Origin: Usitatibacteraceae bacterium
Lineage (GTDB): Bacteria > Pseudomonadota > Gammaproteobacteria > Burkholderiales > Usitatibacteraceae
Assembly (NCBI GenBank): GCA_038901695.1
Contig: JBCKPN010000001.1
Location: forward strand, 1,105 to 65,104
Length of the DNA stretch: 64,000 nucleotides
Reading direction: 5' to 3'
Numbering within the stretch: the first letter of the stretch is position 1; every line of letters begins with the position of its first letter. Below, in pieces: positions 11,501 through 21,308 of the stretch. The translations under genes were made by a program, and so were the position numbers. Below the pieces are notes generated by a model. It made no database searches. It saw only the letters and a list, made by a program, of their open reading frames with translations, and had not been told where the DNA came from.

Positions 11501-13227
11501 GTCAAAATCGGTTGCGCGACTTCCAGCCAGCGGCCCGGGTCAGTGTGATGAATGTCCAGTAGGTTCGGACGTGGCCCGATGGTGATCGCGAGCGACATCA
11601 CCAGCTCTTCGCGAATCGGATCAATCGGCGGATTGGTGACCTGTGCGAACAGCTGTTTGAAATAGTGATAGAGATTGCGCGGCTTGTCCGACATGATGGC
11701 GAGCGGCGAATCATCGCCCATCGAGCCGGTTGCCTCGATGCCGCTTTGCGCCATCGGTGCCATGATGACTTTCAAATCTTCTTGCGTGTAGCCGAACGCT
11801 TGTTGCCGATCGAGCAATGCAACGTTTGACGATTCTGCGGGCGCGGGCTCGGGTAGTTCGTCGAGGCGGATGCGGGCTTGCTTGACCCAATCGCGGTACG
11901 GCTTGGCGGTGGCGAGCTCTCGCTTCAAATCGTTGTCGTCAATGATCTTGCCGCGCTCGAGGTCGACCAAAAACATCTTGCCGGGCTGCAGTCGCCACTT
12001 CTTGACGATTTTTTCTTCCGGGATGTCGAGCACACCCGCTTCTGAGGCGAGCACCACCATATCGTCGTCGGTCAGAATGTAGCGTGCCGGGCGCAGCCCG
12101 TTGCGATCGAGCGTTGCGCCGATCTGGCGGCCGTCGGTAAATGCCATCGCAGCGGGGCCATCCCACGCTTCCATCAATGTCGCGTGATATTCGTAGAACG
12201 CCTTGCGGTCTTCGTCCATCAGCTTGTGGCCACTCCACGCTTCCGGAATCATCATCATCATCGCGTGGGCCAACGAATAGCCGCCCATCACCAGCATTTC
12301 CAGACAGTTATCGAACGACGCGGAGTCCGATTGGCCGTCGTAAATCAACGGCCAGATTTTTTTCAAGTCGTCCTTGAGAATGGGCGAGGCGATCGCTTGT
12401 TGGCGTGCGCGAATCCAGTTCACATTGCCGCGCAGGGTGTTGATTTCGCCGTTGTGCGCGACCATGCGAAACGGATGCGCCAGATCCCAAGTCGGAAAGG
12501 TGTTGGTGGAAAAGCGCTGGTGCACGAGAGCCAGTGCGGTGATCATTGCTGGGTCTTGCAAATCGGTGTAGTACTTGCCGACCTGGTCGGCAAGCAACAT
12601 GCCCTTGTAGACGATGGTGCGCGACGAACACGACGGCACGTAAAACTCCTTGCCATGGCGCAGATTGAGCGCCTGAATCGCGTGGCCGGAACGTTTGCGA
12701 ATGATGTAGAGCTTGCGCTCAAGGTCGTCTTGCGACATCTCGGCGCCGCCGCGCCCGACGAATACTTGACGAATGACTGGCTCGACGGCGATGGTGGCGG
12801 ATGAAAGCCCCTGATTATTGGTCGGCACATCGCGCCAGCCCAACAAAATTTGTCCTTCGGCCTGAATGGCGCGCTCAATCTCCTGTTCGCACGCCATCCG
12901 TGAGGCGGGCTCTTGCGGCAAAAACACCATGCCGACCCCATAGTGGCCGATGGCTGGCAACGTGATGCCCTGTTTGCCACACGCACGTCTCAAGTGCAAA
13001 TCAGGCAACTGAATCAGGATCCCGGCACCGTCGCCGAGCAGCGGATCGTAGCCGGTCGCGCCGCGGTGTGACAGATTTTCCAGAATCTTCAGCCCTTGCG
13101 CGACTAACGCGTGCGACTTATTGCCCTTGATATTGGCAATGAATCCGACGCCGCAAGCGTCGTGCTCGTGGGTTGGGTTGTACAGGCCCTGCGCGAGTGG
13201 AGGATGGTTGGCGTTTTCGAGGGACAT
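8581..13227 (-). CDS. gltB: glutamate synthase large subunit
   Basis: It is 1548 aa with the Ntn amidotransferase start ...HDACGVGF. The FMN/3Fe-4S region and the C-terminal GXGXG-type repeats are readable. Confidence 0.95.
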   Translation of the reverse strand: MSLENANHPPLAQGLYNPTHEHDACGVGFIANIKGNKSHALVAQGLKILENLSHRGATGYDPLLGDGAGILIQLPDLHLRRACGKQGITLPAIGHYGVGMVFLPQEPASRMACEQEIERAIQAEGQILLGWRDVPTNNQGLSSATIAVEPVIRQVFVGRGGAEMSQDDLERKLYIIRKRSGHAIQALNLRHGKEFYVPSCSSRTIVYKGMLLADQVGKYYTDLQDPAMITALALVHQRFSTNTFPTWDLAHPFRMVAHNGEINTLRGNVNWIRARQQAIASPILKDDLKKIWPLIYDGQSDSASFDNCLEMLVMGGYSLAHAMMMMIPEAWSGHKLMDEDRKAFYEYHATLMEAWDGPAAMAFTDGRQIGATLDRNGLRPARYILTDDDMVVLASEAGVLDIPEEKIVKKWRLQPGKMFLVDLERGKIIDDNDLKRELATAKPYRDWVKQARIRLDELPEPAPAESSNVALLDRQQAFGYTQEDLKVIMAPMAQSGIEATGSMGDDSPLAIMSDKPRNLYHYFKQLFAQVTNPPIDPIREELVMSLAITIGPRPNLLDIHHTDPGRWLEVAQPILTTSDMEKIRHIGLFTGGFLRSEELDITYPSSWGPEGIEAAMASLCAHAEDVIRLGFNVMIVSDRKINAERVAIPALLAVAGIHQHLVRKGLRTSTGLVVETGSAREVHHFALLGGFGAAAVHPYLALETLHHMHNYLGDYDAVDAEKKYIKALSKGLLKVMSKMGISTYQSYCGAQIFEAVGLSSAFIKQYFTGTASNIEGIGIFEIAEEAMRLHKKAFGDDPVLQTQLDAGGEYAYRVRGEEHMWTPDVIAKLQHATRKNSYDTYKEYAQLINDQTRRHMTLRGLFELKPLGPPVAINEVESAKNIIKRFATGAMSLGSISTEAHATLAIAMNRIGGKSNTGEGGEDPKRFIPVENDGETLKSKLGDAVVTDIALRKGDSLRSRIKQVASARFGVTAEYLQSADQLQIKMAQGAKPGEGGQLPGHKVSAYIGKLRFSTPGVELISPPPHHDIYSIEDLAQLIHDLKNANPRASISVKLVSEVGVGTVAAGVAKAKADHVTIAGHDGGTGASPVSSIKHAGTPWELGLAETQQTLVLNRLRGRIAVQVDGQIKTGRDVVIGALLGADEFGFATAPLVVEGCIMMRKCHLNTCPVGVATQDPELRKKFSGQPEHVVNYFFFVAEEVREIMASLGVRSFVELIGRADLLDTAKGIVHWKAKGLDFSRIFHLPAMPKAVSRYHNETQDHGLDGALDNKLLIEAMPALEHRQKVLIASEVRNQNRTVGTMLSGEVARRYGNAGLADDTITVNLNGTAGQSFGAFLARGVTLDLTGQANDYVGKGLSGGKIVVRPNAAFKGDPIENIIVGNTVMYGATAGEGYFRGVAGERFCVRNSGASAVVEGLGDHGCEYMTGGTVVVLGATGRNFAAGMSGGVAYVLDDDGQFVHRCNTAMVSIEALQDKATVDSHLGKADTDIVLSLIERHARYSGSERAKTIVANWAVWLPKFVKVMPTEYRRALKELSAQHGATVPQKAAA

Positions 13228-13819
13228 TAGCGAATTTCTCCTGACAGGGCGCGCCGATTTTCATCGCGCAGTTTCCACTGCAAGATGGATGCCAAAACAA
13301 CACCCATCTCTAGTAACAAGGGTACCGAATGTACGACTTTTCCGGGGAGAAATCGGCTTTTGACCGAGTGCGGATCCAATCCACTCGCGACGCTCGTTGG
13401 GCGTGCAGTGGCAACATACAAATATGGCCGTCCCGGCATCATAGCGCCCCTTTTGGTGCGCCGCAATAAATCTGTACGGCTGCGAACCGACCCGCCACGG
13501 CGCAATCTGCCGATATTAATGCTTGGGCCGAGCGGATTCGCGCACCGGATCGAGGGAGGTGCCCGGTTGCAAAAATGGCACATAATCGCTTGCAACCAAG
13601 TGAAAGTTGCGCTTTAATAAAGCGAGATAACTTCATAATTTGTAAGCAGTTTGCAGTTGTAAGAAGATCTGTGTGAGTCTTGGTAGGCAATTCTGCTGGT
13701 GCCTGTTGTGATCAAGTGACTCCTCGTTTTTCCATCGATTGATGACACTAGAGGGACGAGCCGTGGCTAACCAAAATATTTTCGGCAGCATCACAGGGTG
13801 GCGTGGGTTGCAAACTCGT

Positions 13820-14965
13820 GTGAACCATGCAGCGAGAACAGCGGTGGCGACCGCCATGCTGGCCTTGGTTGCAGCTTGTGGCGGAAGCGGGGTGTCTGCG
13901 CCAGCTATCGTCGGTGGCGACCTTTCGATCACGCCCAACGCGTTTACGTGGACCGGCGCCTTCAAGGATGGCTGCGTTAGTGGCGGTTTGACCTCGCATC
14001 TCATCACCGGTGGAACGCCTCCTTATGCAGTTGGACAATCGATTCCTGCCGCGGCCATCCTGACCGGGTCGCCACCCGGGCCACCCGGACAGGTCGTTCC
14101 GGCCGAAACGGTGACCACTGTCGGTCGGAATTTCGGCTCGCTGCTGGTGATGGTCACGGGCGCGGTGTGCAGTACCGGCGCTGCCGGCAACCTCATCACC
14201 GTGACCGACTCCATCGGACGCGTCGCGACGCTCACCATGGGCAACACGCTCGGCACGGCGGATCCGCCCGCACCGGGGGCGGCGATGACACTGCCAGTGC
14301 CGACGCTGATGCCGAGCACGTTCACGGGTCTCGGGTGTGGTGTCTCGACTTCGTTCTTTGTGGTGCAGAACATTCCGGCAGGCTACACTGGCACACCACC
14401 CGTGTTGTCCGTGGTGCCGCTCGAGCCACAGCGAATCACGGCGAATCTCAGCAATGGCATCACGACCGTGACGCGTAGCAACACCGATCCAGGTGGTGGA
14501 CAGACCACACTGGTGCGCGTATCGAACGGTGTAAATTTCGCCGACTTCACCATTGGCATGGCTGGTGTGGCACCCTTTGCGTGTGCGGTCGGAAGTGCAA
14601 CGCCGATTACGGACACGACCGGGATACCTCTCTCGCTCAAAGTGGGGGTCGCCCCAGTGCCGGCGTGCACGACGTGCACGCCGGCCACGTCGGCCACGTC
14701 GGGCACGCCGGGCACGACTGTATCGCGCGCCTTTGATGGTGGCACTGGCCCTTACACGATCACCTCGGCTGCAGCGGGTATCGCAGTGGTGAGCAACGAC
14801 GGCGCGACCTTTGCCGCCACGATCACGGTGGCTCTCGGCGCACCGAAAGTGTTCTTTGCGCGCACACCGGTCGGCACCCTCGCCGGGGCGGGCAGCTTCA
14901 TCACCGTCAGCGATTCGTCTGTCCCGCAGCAGACGTTGATTATTGTTGTGACCACGATTCCATAA
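13820..14965 (+). CDS. Thr/Gly/Pro-rich putative lipoprotein, function unknown
   Basis: The in-frame GTG at 13820 gives MNHAARTAVATAMLALVAACGGSG, a signal peptide plus lipobox. The rest is low-complexity and T/G/A/V/P rich. The track ORF starts at 13739. Confidence 0.6.
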   Translation: MNHAARTAVATAMLALVAACGGSGVSAPAIVGGDLSITPNAFTWTGAFKDGCVSGGLTSHLITGGTPPYAVGQSIPAAAILTGSPPGPPGQVVPAETVTTVGRNFGSLLVMVTGAVCSTGAAGNLITVTDSIGRVATLTMGNTLGTADPPAPGAAMTLPVPTLMPSTFTGLGCGVSTSFFVVQNIPAGYTGTPPVLSVVPLEPQRITANLSNGITTVTRSNTDPGGGQTTLVRVSNGVNFADFTIGMAGVAPFACAVGSATPITDTTGIPLSLKVGVAPVPACTTCTPATSATSGTPGTTVSRAFDGGTGPYTITSAAAGIAVVSNDGATFAATITVALGAPKVFFARTPVGTLAGAGSFITVSDSSVPQQTLIIVVTTIP

Positions 14966-14982
14966 GCACTCAATGAAGAAAG

Positions 14983-15009
14983 ACGGGCACCGCGTGGTGC
15001 CCGTTTTTC
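14983..15009 (+). terminator. rho-independent terminator
   Basis: The stem acgggcacc/ggtgcccgt is followed by TTTTT, 18 nt after the stop of the lipoprotein gene. Confidence 0.7.
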
Positions 15010-15025
15010 ATTCTGGCTGACGAAA

Positions 15026-16138
15026 TTGACACCCATCCTGATCTTTTTGGCGAGCGCTGCCGCTACCGCGCTGGGTGTTTTATTGTTGTTGAAAACACCG
15101 GTCGGCAATTTTTTTCTCGACACGACGGATAAGCCTAACGCGATGCACGCCGCCCCTGTCCCGCGCATTGGTGGCTTGTCGATCGCACTGTGCGTGACGG
15201 TAACGGCCTGGTGGGTGACGACACTTCGCATCGATGCGAGTCTCGTGGCCGCCGTCACCGCCGCGTCGGTTCTCGCGCTGATTTCGCTGATTGATGACAG
15301 ATTCGGGCTTCCCGCGCTGCTGCGATTGGCGGCACACGCCGCAGCCGCAGTGGCGGTCGTCTCGCTTATCACCGACAACGACACGCCTGCGGCCATCGGC
15401 GCATATTCGTACGCGTGGGGCGCAATCTGGTGCATGGTTCTTGCGACCGTTGGCGTGGTGTGGATGACCAATCTGTACAACTTCATGGACGGTGCCAACG
15501 GCATGGCCGGATTCATGGGGCTGATCGGTTTCGGCGCACTCGCTCTCGCCGCGACCATGCCACTCGACGCCGCGCGTGCGCATGAATTTAGCAATATTGC
15601 GTTGTTGTGCGCATCAACCAGCGGTGCGTGTGGCGGATTTCTGGTGTTCAATTTTCCGGCAGGCCGCGTGTTCATGGGCGATGTGGGCGCAGTGTTTCTC
15701 GGCTTTCTGGCGGGGTCAGTCGGCTTGCTAGGCGCGGCGCAGCTGGTGTGGCCTTGGTGGCTTCCGCTATTGGTGTTTTCGCCCTTCGTCGTCGACGCGA
15801 CCGTCACGCTGCTGCGTCGTGCGTGGTGCCGTGAAAAGGTGTGGCTCGCCCACCGTGAGCACACCTACCAACGCTTGATCGTCGTGTGCGGTTGGTCACA
15901 CCAACGCACGGCAATCGTCTACGCAACGCTGATGGCGTTGACCGCCGCGCACGGACTGGTGTGGCTTTTCTACAAATCCAGCGAAAAAAATGCCGCCGAC
16001 AGTGCGCCGCCGCTTTCTATCGCGCTGACCTGGATGTTAATATATGCAGCGTTGCTCGCAGTGGCAGAGCGGCAAATTCGGCAGCAAGAACTAACAAAAA
16101 CAAACATGTCGGCAAAAGAAGATCAAGGAGCCAGATGA
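15026..16138 (+). CDS. glycosyltransferase family 4 (WecA/WbpL-like polyprenyl-phosphate sugar-1-phosphate transferase)
   Basis: It is a polytopic membrane protein with the family motif NLYNFMDGANGMAG and VFMGDVG. The start codon is TTG. Confidence 0.8.
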   Translation: MTPILIFLASAAATALGVLLLLKTPVGNFFLDTTDKPNAMHAAPVPRIGGLSIALCVTVTAWWVTTLRIDASLVAAVTAASVLALISLIDDRFGLPALLRLAAHAAAAVAVVSLITDNDTPAAIGAYSYAWGAIWCMVLATVGVVWMTNLYNFMDGANGMAGFMGLIGFGALALAATMPLDAARAHEFSNIALLCASTSGACGGFLVFNFPAGRVFMGDVGAVFLGFLAGSVGLLGAAQLVWPWWLPLLVFSPFVVDATVTLLRRAWCREKVWLAHREHTYQRLIVVCGWSHQRTAIVYATLMALTAAHGLVWLFYKSSEKNAADSAPPLSIALTWMLIYAALLAVAERQIRQQELTKTNMSAKEDQGAR

Positions 16139-18036
16139 CGTCTTTTTCAGTCAATGAGCGCGCAATCCTTGCGTTCTTTCATGACGTTGTCATGCTGTGC
16201 ATATCCTGGGGGGCGGTGATGCTCCTGTTCAGGATAGCAGGCAATTCAGACGCGGAAACGCTGTCGTTGACCACCCTGCAAGTGCTGCTCGTGGCGATTC
16301 CTGTTCAGGCGCTGGTCGCAACTATCTTCGGAATGTATCAGGCGCTGTGGCGCTACGCGAGCCTGCCGGACGTGCAGCGCATCGTTTCGAGTGTCGTCGC
16401 CGGCACGATCGCAGTGGCCGCCACGCTTTGGGCAGGCGATTGGTTGGGTGCGCTGTCGTTCTCACACTTTTTTGTGCAGGCGTTGTTGCTGGTCGTGTTC
16501 ATGGCCGGTAGCCGCATCACCTACCGTTCATGGAAAGAATGGATGCTGTACGGCAAACCCGATGATCAAGGGGTGCCCGTCATCATCCTTGGCGCGGGTG
16601 ACGCTGCGGTCGGATTGTTGAAAGAATTACTGCGCAGTCGCGACTGGCGCGTGATTGGATTGCTCGACGATGATGCGAACAAGCAGAATCGGCTGATTCA
16701 CGGCGTGCGCGTGATCGGTGCACTCGATGAGTTGCCACATATTGCGCGCACACTGAAGGTCAAGCACGTCATTATCGCGATGCCGTCTGTGGCGTATCAG
16801 AAGCGTCGCCAGATCATCGAAATCTGTAACCGCGCACGCGTCACCGTGATGACGGTACCCAAATTTTGGGAATTACCGCCGGACACTGCCGTGCCCGGGA
16901 AGACGCCGACGCCGAAGTTTCGCCGACTGTCGTTCGAAGATTTGGTTAAACGCGAACCAGTAACACTCGACGATGCCGGATTACACGATCTGCTGACCGA
17001 CAAGGTAGTGATGGTGACCGGCGCGGGTGGTTCCATTGGTTCGGAACTGTGCCGTCAGATTGCCGCCTACCAGCCATCGATGCTGGTGCTGTTCGAACAA
17101 AACGAATACGCGCAGTACAAGATCGAGCAATCGCTTCGCGACGAATTCGAGAACCTGCCGATAGCGAGCGTAATTGGCGATATCAAAAATACCCGGCGCG
17201 TGAATCAGGCGATGCATCAGTACTCGCCAGCGATTGTTTTCCACGCCGCTGCATACAAGCATGTGCCGCTGATGGAAGAAAGCAACGCATGGGAAGCGGT
17301 GCAGAACAATGTGCTCGGCACGCTCGTCATGGCGCGTGCGGCGATTGAGTACAACGTCAAAAAATTTGTGTTTATTTCTACGGACAAAGCGGTCAACCCC
17401 ACTAACGTCATGGGCGCGACCAAGCGGCTTTCCGAGATGGTGTGCCAAGCGTTGCAGCACAAGGGCGATACGCGCTTTGAGATGGTGCGGTTTGGCAACG
17501 TGCTTGGTAGCGCCGGCAGCGTGATCACGCGCTTTGAAGAGCAAATCGCCAAAGGTGGTCCGGTGACGGTGACCCACCCGGAAATGGTGCGTTACTTCAT
17601 GTCCATTCCGGAAGCCGCGCAATTGGTGTTGCAAGCCGGCGCAATGGGACTGGGAGGGGAAATTTTTGTCATGGACATGGGCGAGCCAATTCGCATCGTC
17701 GATCTCGCGCACGACATGATCCGCCTTTCAGAAGCCACAGAAGACGAAATCAAAGTTATCTACACGGGGCTGAGACCGGGCGAGAAGCTGTTTGAAGAAC
17801 TGCTCACCGACGATGAGCACACCCGTGCGACGCCACACCCGAAGCTGCGCGTCGCGAAAGCCAGGGATGTCACGATCGAGTTGGTGGACAATCTGGCGCT
17901 GTGGTTGAATCAGGAGAAGCTACCGGAGGACTCGGATGTCAGGCGCGACCTGAAGCGCTGGGTACCGGAGTATGTTGCGCAGATTCGGCCAAAGCTGAAG
18001 TCCATTTCAAGTACCGCCGGACGCAAATCTGCTTAG
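16135..18036 (+). CDS. polysaccharide biosynthesis protein, CapD/WbpM/PglF-like NDP-sugar 4,6-dehydratase
   Basis: N-terminal TM helices are followed by two Rossmann folds, ILGAGDAAVGL and VMVTGAGGSIGSELCRQ. Its ATG overlaps the upstream stop (ATGA at 16135-16138). The track ORF 15886.. is the same frame run upstream. Confidence 0.85.
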   Translation: MTSFSVNERAILAFFHDVVMLCISWGAVMLLFRIAGNSDAETLSLTTLQVLLVAIPVQALVATIFGMYQALWRYASLPDVQRIVSSVVAGTIAVAATLWAGDWLGALSFSHFFVQALLLVVFMAGSRITYRSWKEWMLYGKPDDQGVPVIILGAGDAAVGLLKELLRSRDWRVIGLLDDDANKQNRLIHGVRVIGALDELPHIARTLKVKHVIIAMPSVAYQKRRQIIEICNRARVTVMTVPKFWELPPDTAVPGKTPTPKFRRLSFEDLVKREPVTLDDAGLHDLLTDKVVMVTGAGGSIGSELCRQIAAYQPSMLVLFEQNEYAQYKIEQSLRDEFENLPIASVIGDIKNTRRVNQAMHQYSPAIVFHAAAYKHVPLMEESNAWEAVQNNVLGTLVMARAAIEYNVKKFVFISTDKAVNPTNVMGATKRLSEMVCQALQHKGDTRFEMVRFGNVLGSAGSVITRFEEQIAKGGPVTVTHPEMVRYFMSIPEAAQLVLQAGAMGLGGEIFVMDMGEPIRIVDLAHDMIRLSEATEDEIKVIYTGLRPGEKLFEELLTDDEHTRATPHPKLRVAKARDVTIELVDNLALWLNQEKLPEDSDVRRDLKRWVPEYVAQIRPKLKSISSTAGRKSA

Positions 18037-18052
18037 GCGAAAGCCCGCAAAC

Positions 18053-18084
18053 AAAAAGCCGCACGAACGTGCGGCTTTTTGTTT
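18053..18084. terminator. bidirectional rho-independent terminator between convergent genes
   Basis: aaaaagccgcacgaacgtgcggcttttt is a perfect 8-bp stem flanked by A and T runs. Confidence 0.8.
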
Positions 18085-18186
18085 GGCGACTGCTCGAGCG
18101 AGCGAACCGGCCAATCACCCTGCGGCAATACCGTTCAATCTCGCATGTAGCCGATGGGAGTGCCGACGCCAACCGCTGGCAAGCGT

Positions 18187-19632
18187 CTAGTCGGTCACCG
18201 GAATCGAGAACGTGGATAGGGTTCCACTCGGCGCTTTGACCGTCGCTGTCAATGTGCCGACAGGTCTTGTGTTCTCACAGGAAAATGGCGGCCCCGACAA
18301 ACTCTGTGCCGCGTCGCTCTCAACGGTCACGGCGAATGTCCTCACGCCGTCGGCACCCGGCGACGGGCTGATGGACGCGTTGGAGCTAGGGACAGTAAAG
18401 GTCTCCGGCGATGAAATAATTCTTCCATTGGTCGCCGCAAACGCGACGGTGGTACCGGCAGGCATGACGTTGCCGTTGGCGTCACGAACCGTAAACAGTG
18501 CAGTGGCGGACGTTCTGACGAACGGAACTGTCGTACTGCATGGTGCTAATGCAATTGCCGTGGGAATGGTGGTGATGGTCGCGACGGAGCCGGAAAAAAC
18601 CACCACCGTGTTGCCGCGAACGTGGACGCTCTTCGGTGTGCCGCACGAGCCTGGCACGCTGCGACCCGGGACAAGGTCGTCGCAACTGACACCGTTGAAC
18701 TTGCCATCGGGGTCATCGTAGCGGCCATTGTTGTTGAAGTCGATGAACGGCTCGTTCGCGTCGCGAACACCGTTTTCGTTTACATCAAGCCAGGCTTCAG
18801 GCAAATCGGTTGACCTGCCGTTCAAATCCATCAATTCACTGACGGGCGCGATATCAAACCAGCCATTGCCATTGCGATCCGTAAAGGACTCCTCGCCGAT
18901 GGCGTAGGCGAGTATCGCCACACGCCCGTTAGTGGGTCGGAAGTTTTGACTGGTCATCGTCGAAGAACAAGCACCAGCGACTGTCGTGCACGAGCTGACG
19001 ATCGAACCACCGGCGGCCATAAAGTTAACGGCGGTACCGTCCGGCACCGGGTTGCTGAATCTATCAGCGAGTCGCGCGGTGACTTGCGTGGTCACGCCAT
19101 CGATATTGCCGCCTTCGATATTGAAAGTTGACACCGACAGGGAAAATCCGCCTTGCGATGGCACGCCTGTCGGAGACGCGGGTGGCGCAACCGCGGCGGC
19201 GGTGTATGAAATTGAATTCGTATACGTGGTCGGCGAGGTGGCACCGGAAAGCGTCGTTTGCCCGCTGGCGGTGACGGTGCCCGCCCCAGATGCCGTGGAG
19301 GAATTCAAGATTACCGAAGCGACGCCGGTGGCATCGGTCAAGGCGGTACCGGTGGTTGGATTAAACACGCCAAGTGTTGAGTCGGTTGTGAAGGTGATGA
19401 CGGCACCAACGATGGGGTTGCCGCGTGAGGTCTTGAAGGTTACGCTGACCTTGGCGGGACTGCCGAAGGCGATGCCGGTACGCGCGGCCGCACTATTCAC
19501 CTCGGTTAATGTCACGACCAACGTTGCCGGCCCGGTATCAGGCAGCGAGGAACTTGATACGGCACCGCTGCAGCCGCCGAGCGTTGCGCCGAGTGAAAGC
19601 AGCAGCGCTAGACCAACCAACTGCTTCATCAT
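18187..19632 (-). CDS. lipoprotein with bacterial Ig-like (Big_1-type) repeats and Asp/Asn-rich loops
   Basis: MMKQLVGLALLLSLGATLGGCSG is a lipobox signal peptide. Repeats resemble Big_1, for example KTSRGNPIVGAVITFTTD...TDATGVASVILNS...GTVTASG. The Asp/Asn-rich stretch is DRNGNGWFD...DVNENGVRDANEPFIDFNNNGRYDDPDG. Confidence 0.65.
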   Translation of the reverse strand: MMKQLVGLALLLSLGATLGGCSGAVSSSSLPDTGPATLVVTLTEVNSAAARTGIAFGSPAKVSVTFKTSRGNPIVGAVITFTTDSTLGVFNPTTGTALTDATGVASVILNSSTASGAGTVTASGQTTLSGATSPTTYTNSISYTAAAVAPPASPTGVPSQGGFSLSVSTFNIEGGNIDGVTTQVTARLADRFSNPVPDGTAVNFMAAGGSIVSSCTTVAGACSSTMTSQNFRPTNGRVAILAYAIGEESFTDRNGNGWFDIAPVSELMDLNGRSTDLPEAWLDVNENGVRDANEPFIDFNNNGRYDDPDGKFNGVSCDDLVPGRSVPGSCGTPKSVHVRGNTVVVFSGSVATITTIPTAIALAPCSTTVPFVRTSATALFTVRDANGNVMPAGTTVAFAATNGRIISSPETFTVPSSNASISPSPGADGVRTFAVTVESDAAQSLSGPPFSCENTRPVGTLTATVKAPSGTLSTFSIPVTD

Positions 19633-19892
19633 GTCCTTAAACCCGCAAGAGAAATTGCTCATTGACTAGACCGTATGTTTTTGTTGGCGATGTTAGAAGT
19701 GTCGTGCGGGTGGCGGTGGTTAGAACCACTGGCAATTTTCCTGCGAAACAAACCAGAGGCGCAACCGGTGTAGGTCGTTCCCGCAGGCAAATATTTTCAA
19801 GGCTCGATAGTGGCTCTGATCGGGGCGACCAGCATCCAATGACGCTGCACCGTATCTTCGTCTGACGCAGCATGAATGCTGAGTTTTAAAAC

Positions 19893-19969
19893 TGGCGCGC
19901 CCGACACGATTCGAACGTGCGACTTCTACCTTCGGAGGGTAGCACTCTATCCATCTGAGCTACGGGCGC
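19893..19969 (-). tRNA. tRNA-Arg (anticodon CCG)
   Basis: The reverse complement folds as a cloverleaf. The acceptor stem is GCGCCCG/CGGGCGC, the anticodon stem CTACC/GGTAG with loop CTCCGAA, and the T-loop TTCGAAT. CCA is encoded. Confidence 0.92.
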
Positions 19970-20188
19970 TTGGGGCAAGTTTACCATTTTGGTAGCGGCC
20001 GCCAGCTTGGGACTGTCTGGCAAGTGCGCGGTGTGGGCTGGCCCTTTGCAGGCGTTTGAGCAGGGCGCGGGAGAACGATACAATGTTGACAGTGTGTGTT
20101 TGCCAACGCGAAGACGAGTCAGGGTCGCGTCGACATCACACCGATTGCCGCAACCTCCAATTGACTCAGACCAGCCGCGGGAGCGCAC

Positions 20189-20764
20189 ATGATTGATCTT
20201 TTACTCGTTGCGATACGTGATGGAGACGCCGACAAAATGAATGTGCTATTGGCCGCCGGCGCCGATTGCAATGCAGTCGACGCCGAAGGCGTCAGCGCGC
20301 TAATGCATGCTGCACATTCGGGCAATCTTGCCGTCGTCAATAGATTGATCGGCGCTGGCGCTGATGTTAATTCGACCGATGCAACCGGTTGGAACGCGCT
20401 AGTGAAAGCAGCTTACAACGCGGATCGGAATTGTGGTTTCCCAAGTGTAGTGCAGGCGCTTATCGATGCCGGCGCAAACCTGGAAGCACCTATTGCGTAT
20501 GGCGTCAGGCCGTTGATGCTCGCCGCCGCCTACGGCGAAACGGCGGTAGTGGAAGTGCTCTTACAGGCTGGTGCGGACGTGCTGGCGCGCAATCATGGCG
20601 GCCTGACGGCGCTGATGATGGTCAAGGAAAAACACTACGTCGATGTGATCAACATGTTGCACGAAGCCGAGCGTGATGCGGGCGTCGGCGAGGGGAGCTG
20701 TTCGACCAAAAATCCACCCGGCTCTCAGGTGGTGACATTTTTAAAGCGCGCCCCCAAAGCCTGA
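20189..20764 (+). CDS. ankyrin repeat protein
   Basis: It has four to five ankyrin repeats, such as LLAAGADCNAVDAEGVSALMHAAHSGNLAVVNRLIGAGADVN. Confidence 0.8.
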   Translation: MIDLLLVAIRDGDADKMNVLLAAGADCNAVDAEGVSALMHAAHSGNLAVVNRLIGAGADVNSTDATGWNALVKAAYNADRNCGFPSVVQALIDAGANLEAPIAYGVRPLMLAAAYGETAVVEVLLQAGADVLARNHGGLTALMMVKEKHYVDVINMLHEAERDAGVGEGSCSTKNPPGSQVVTFLKRAPKA

Positions 20765-20871
20765 AGGGGCGCTAACGATTTCGTTGTCGCTTGGTACTGG
20801 CGCCGTAATTGAAGCCAGTGATCGCGACTTCGCGCCCACCTTGGCTTTGGCTCTGGAGTTGCTCGCGGGAC

Positions 20872-21228
20872 TCACCAAAAAGCAAGTACGCGGCCGTTGG
20901 CGGCTTTCGAATCCAGCCGTGTGAGCGGCGTATTCCCGTTCTTGATACAAGCCCCGCTCGCAACGTCAAACGCCCATTGATGCTTTGGGCAGGTCAGCGC
21001 CCCCGCTTGCAGCGCAAGCTCAGGAATGTCCATCTCCAGAATGATGTCCACCGCCAAAATGATTTTGGCTAAACCCAAAGCTGGAAATGCCATGAGCAGC
21101 GCGTCCTGAATTTCGGCTGGTGTACATCCTTCACGCCATGCTCTACTGAGGTACTGCCTGAACCCACGATCCGTCTGCGCATGCACTTTGGTAATCACTG
21201 AGGTAAGGCACTGTAGTCTTGGGGTCAA
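20872..21228 (-). pseudogene. possible chimeric remnant: AhpD/CMD-like fragment joined to a Rieske/NirD-like C-terminal fragment
   Basis: The N-terminal half (GCTPAEIQDALLMAFPALGLAKIILAV) resembles carboxymuconolactone-decarboxylase-like proteins. The C-terminal half (CPKHQWAFDVASGACIKNGNTPL) resembles the second half of a Rieske motif, without the first CxH. The start codon is non-ATG. Confidence 0.3.
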
Positions 21229-21308
21229 GATGCTTTCCGGTATCCTTTAGAAAGGCAAAATAGTGTCCGAGCGCGTCAGGACGTGCTTTGAGTAGTTAGT
21301 TCAATGCG

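Noticed and set aside
3271-12804. Long + strand ORFs inside priA, gltD and gltB (for example 3271-4122, 7432-8292, 9187-9921, 12184-12804)
   Set aside because: They are shadow ORFs, typical of GC-rich coding DNA. Each is fully contained in a confidently identified - strand gene and encodes Arg/His-rich sequence without motifs.
14752-15864. 370-aa - strand ORF
   Set aside because: It lies entirely opposite the GT4 transferase gene. Its product is Ala/Ser/Thr/Pro low-complexity. The + strand carries the diagnostic NxxNxxDGxxG motif.
16981-19669. ORFs 16981-17712 (-) and 18986-19669 (+)
   Set aside because: They are antisense to the CapD-like gene and to the Big_1 lipoprotein gene respectively. 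They have no motifs or ribosome-binding sites.
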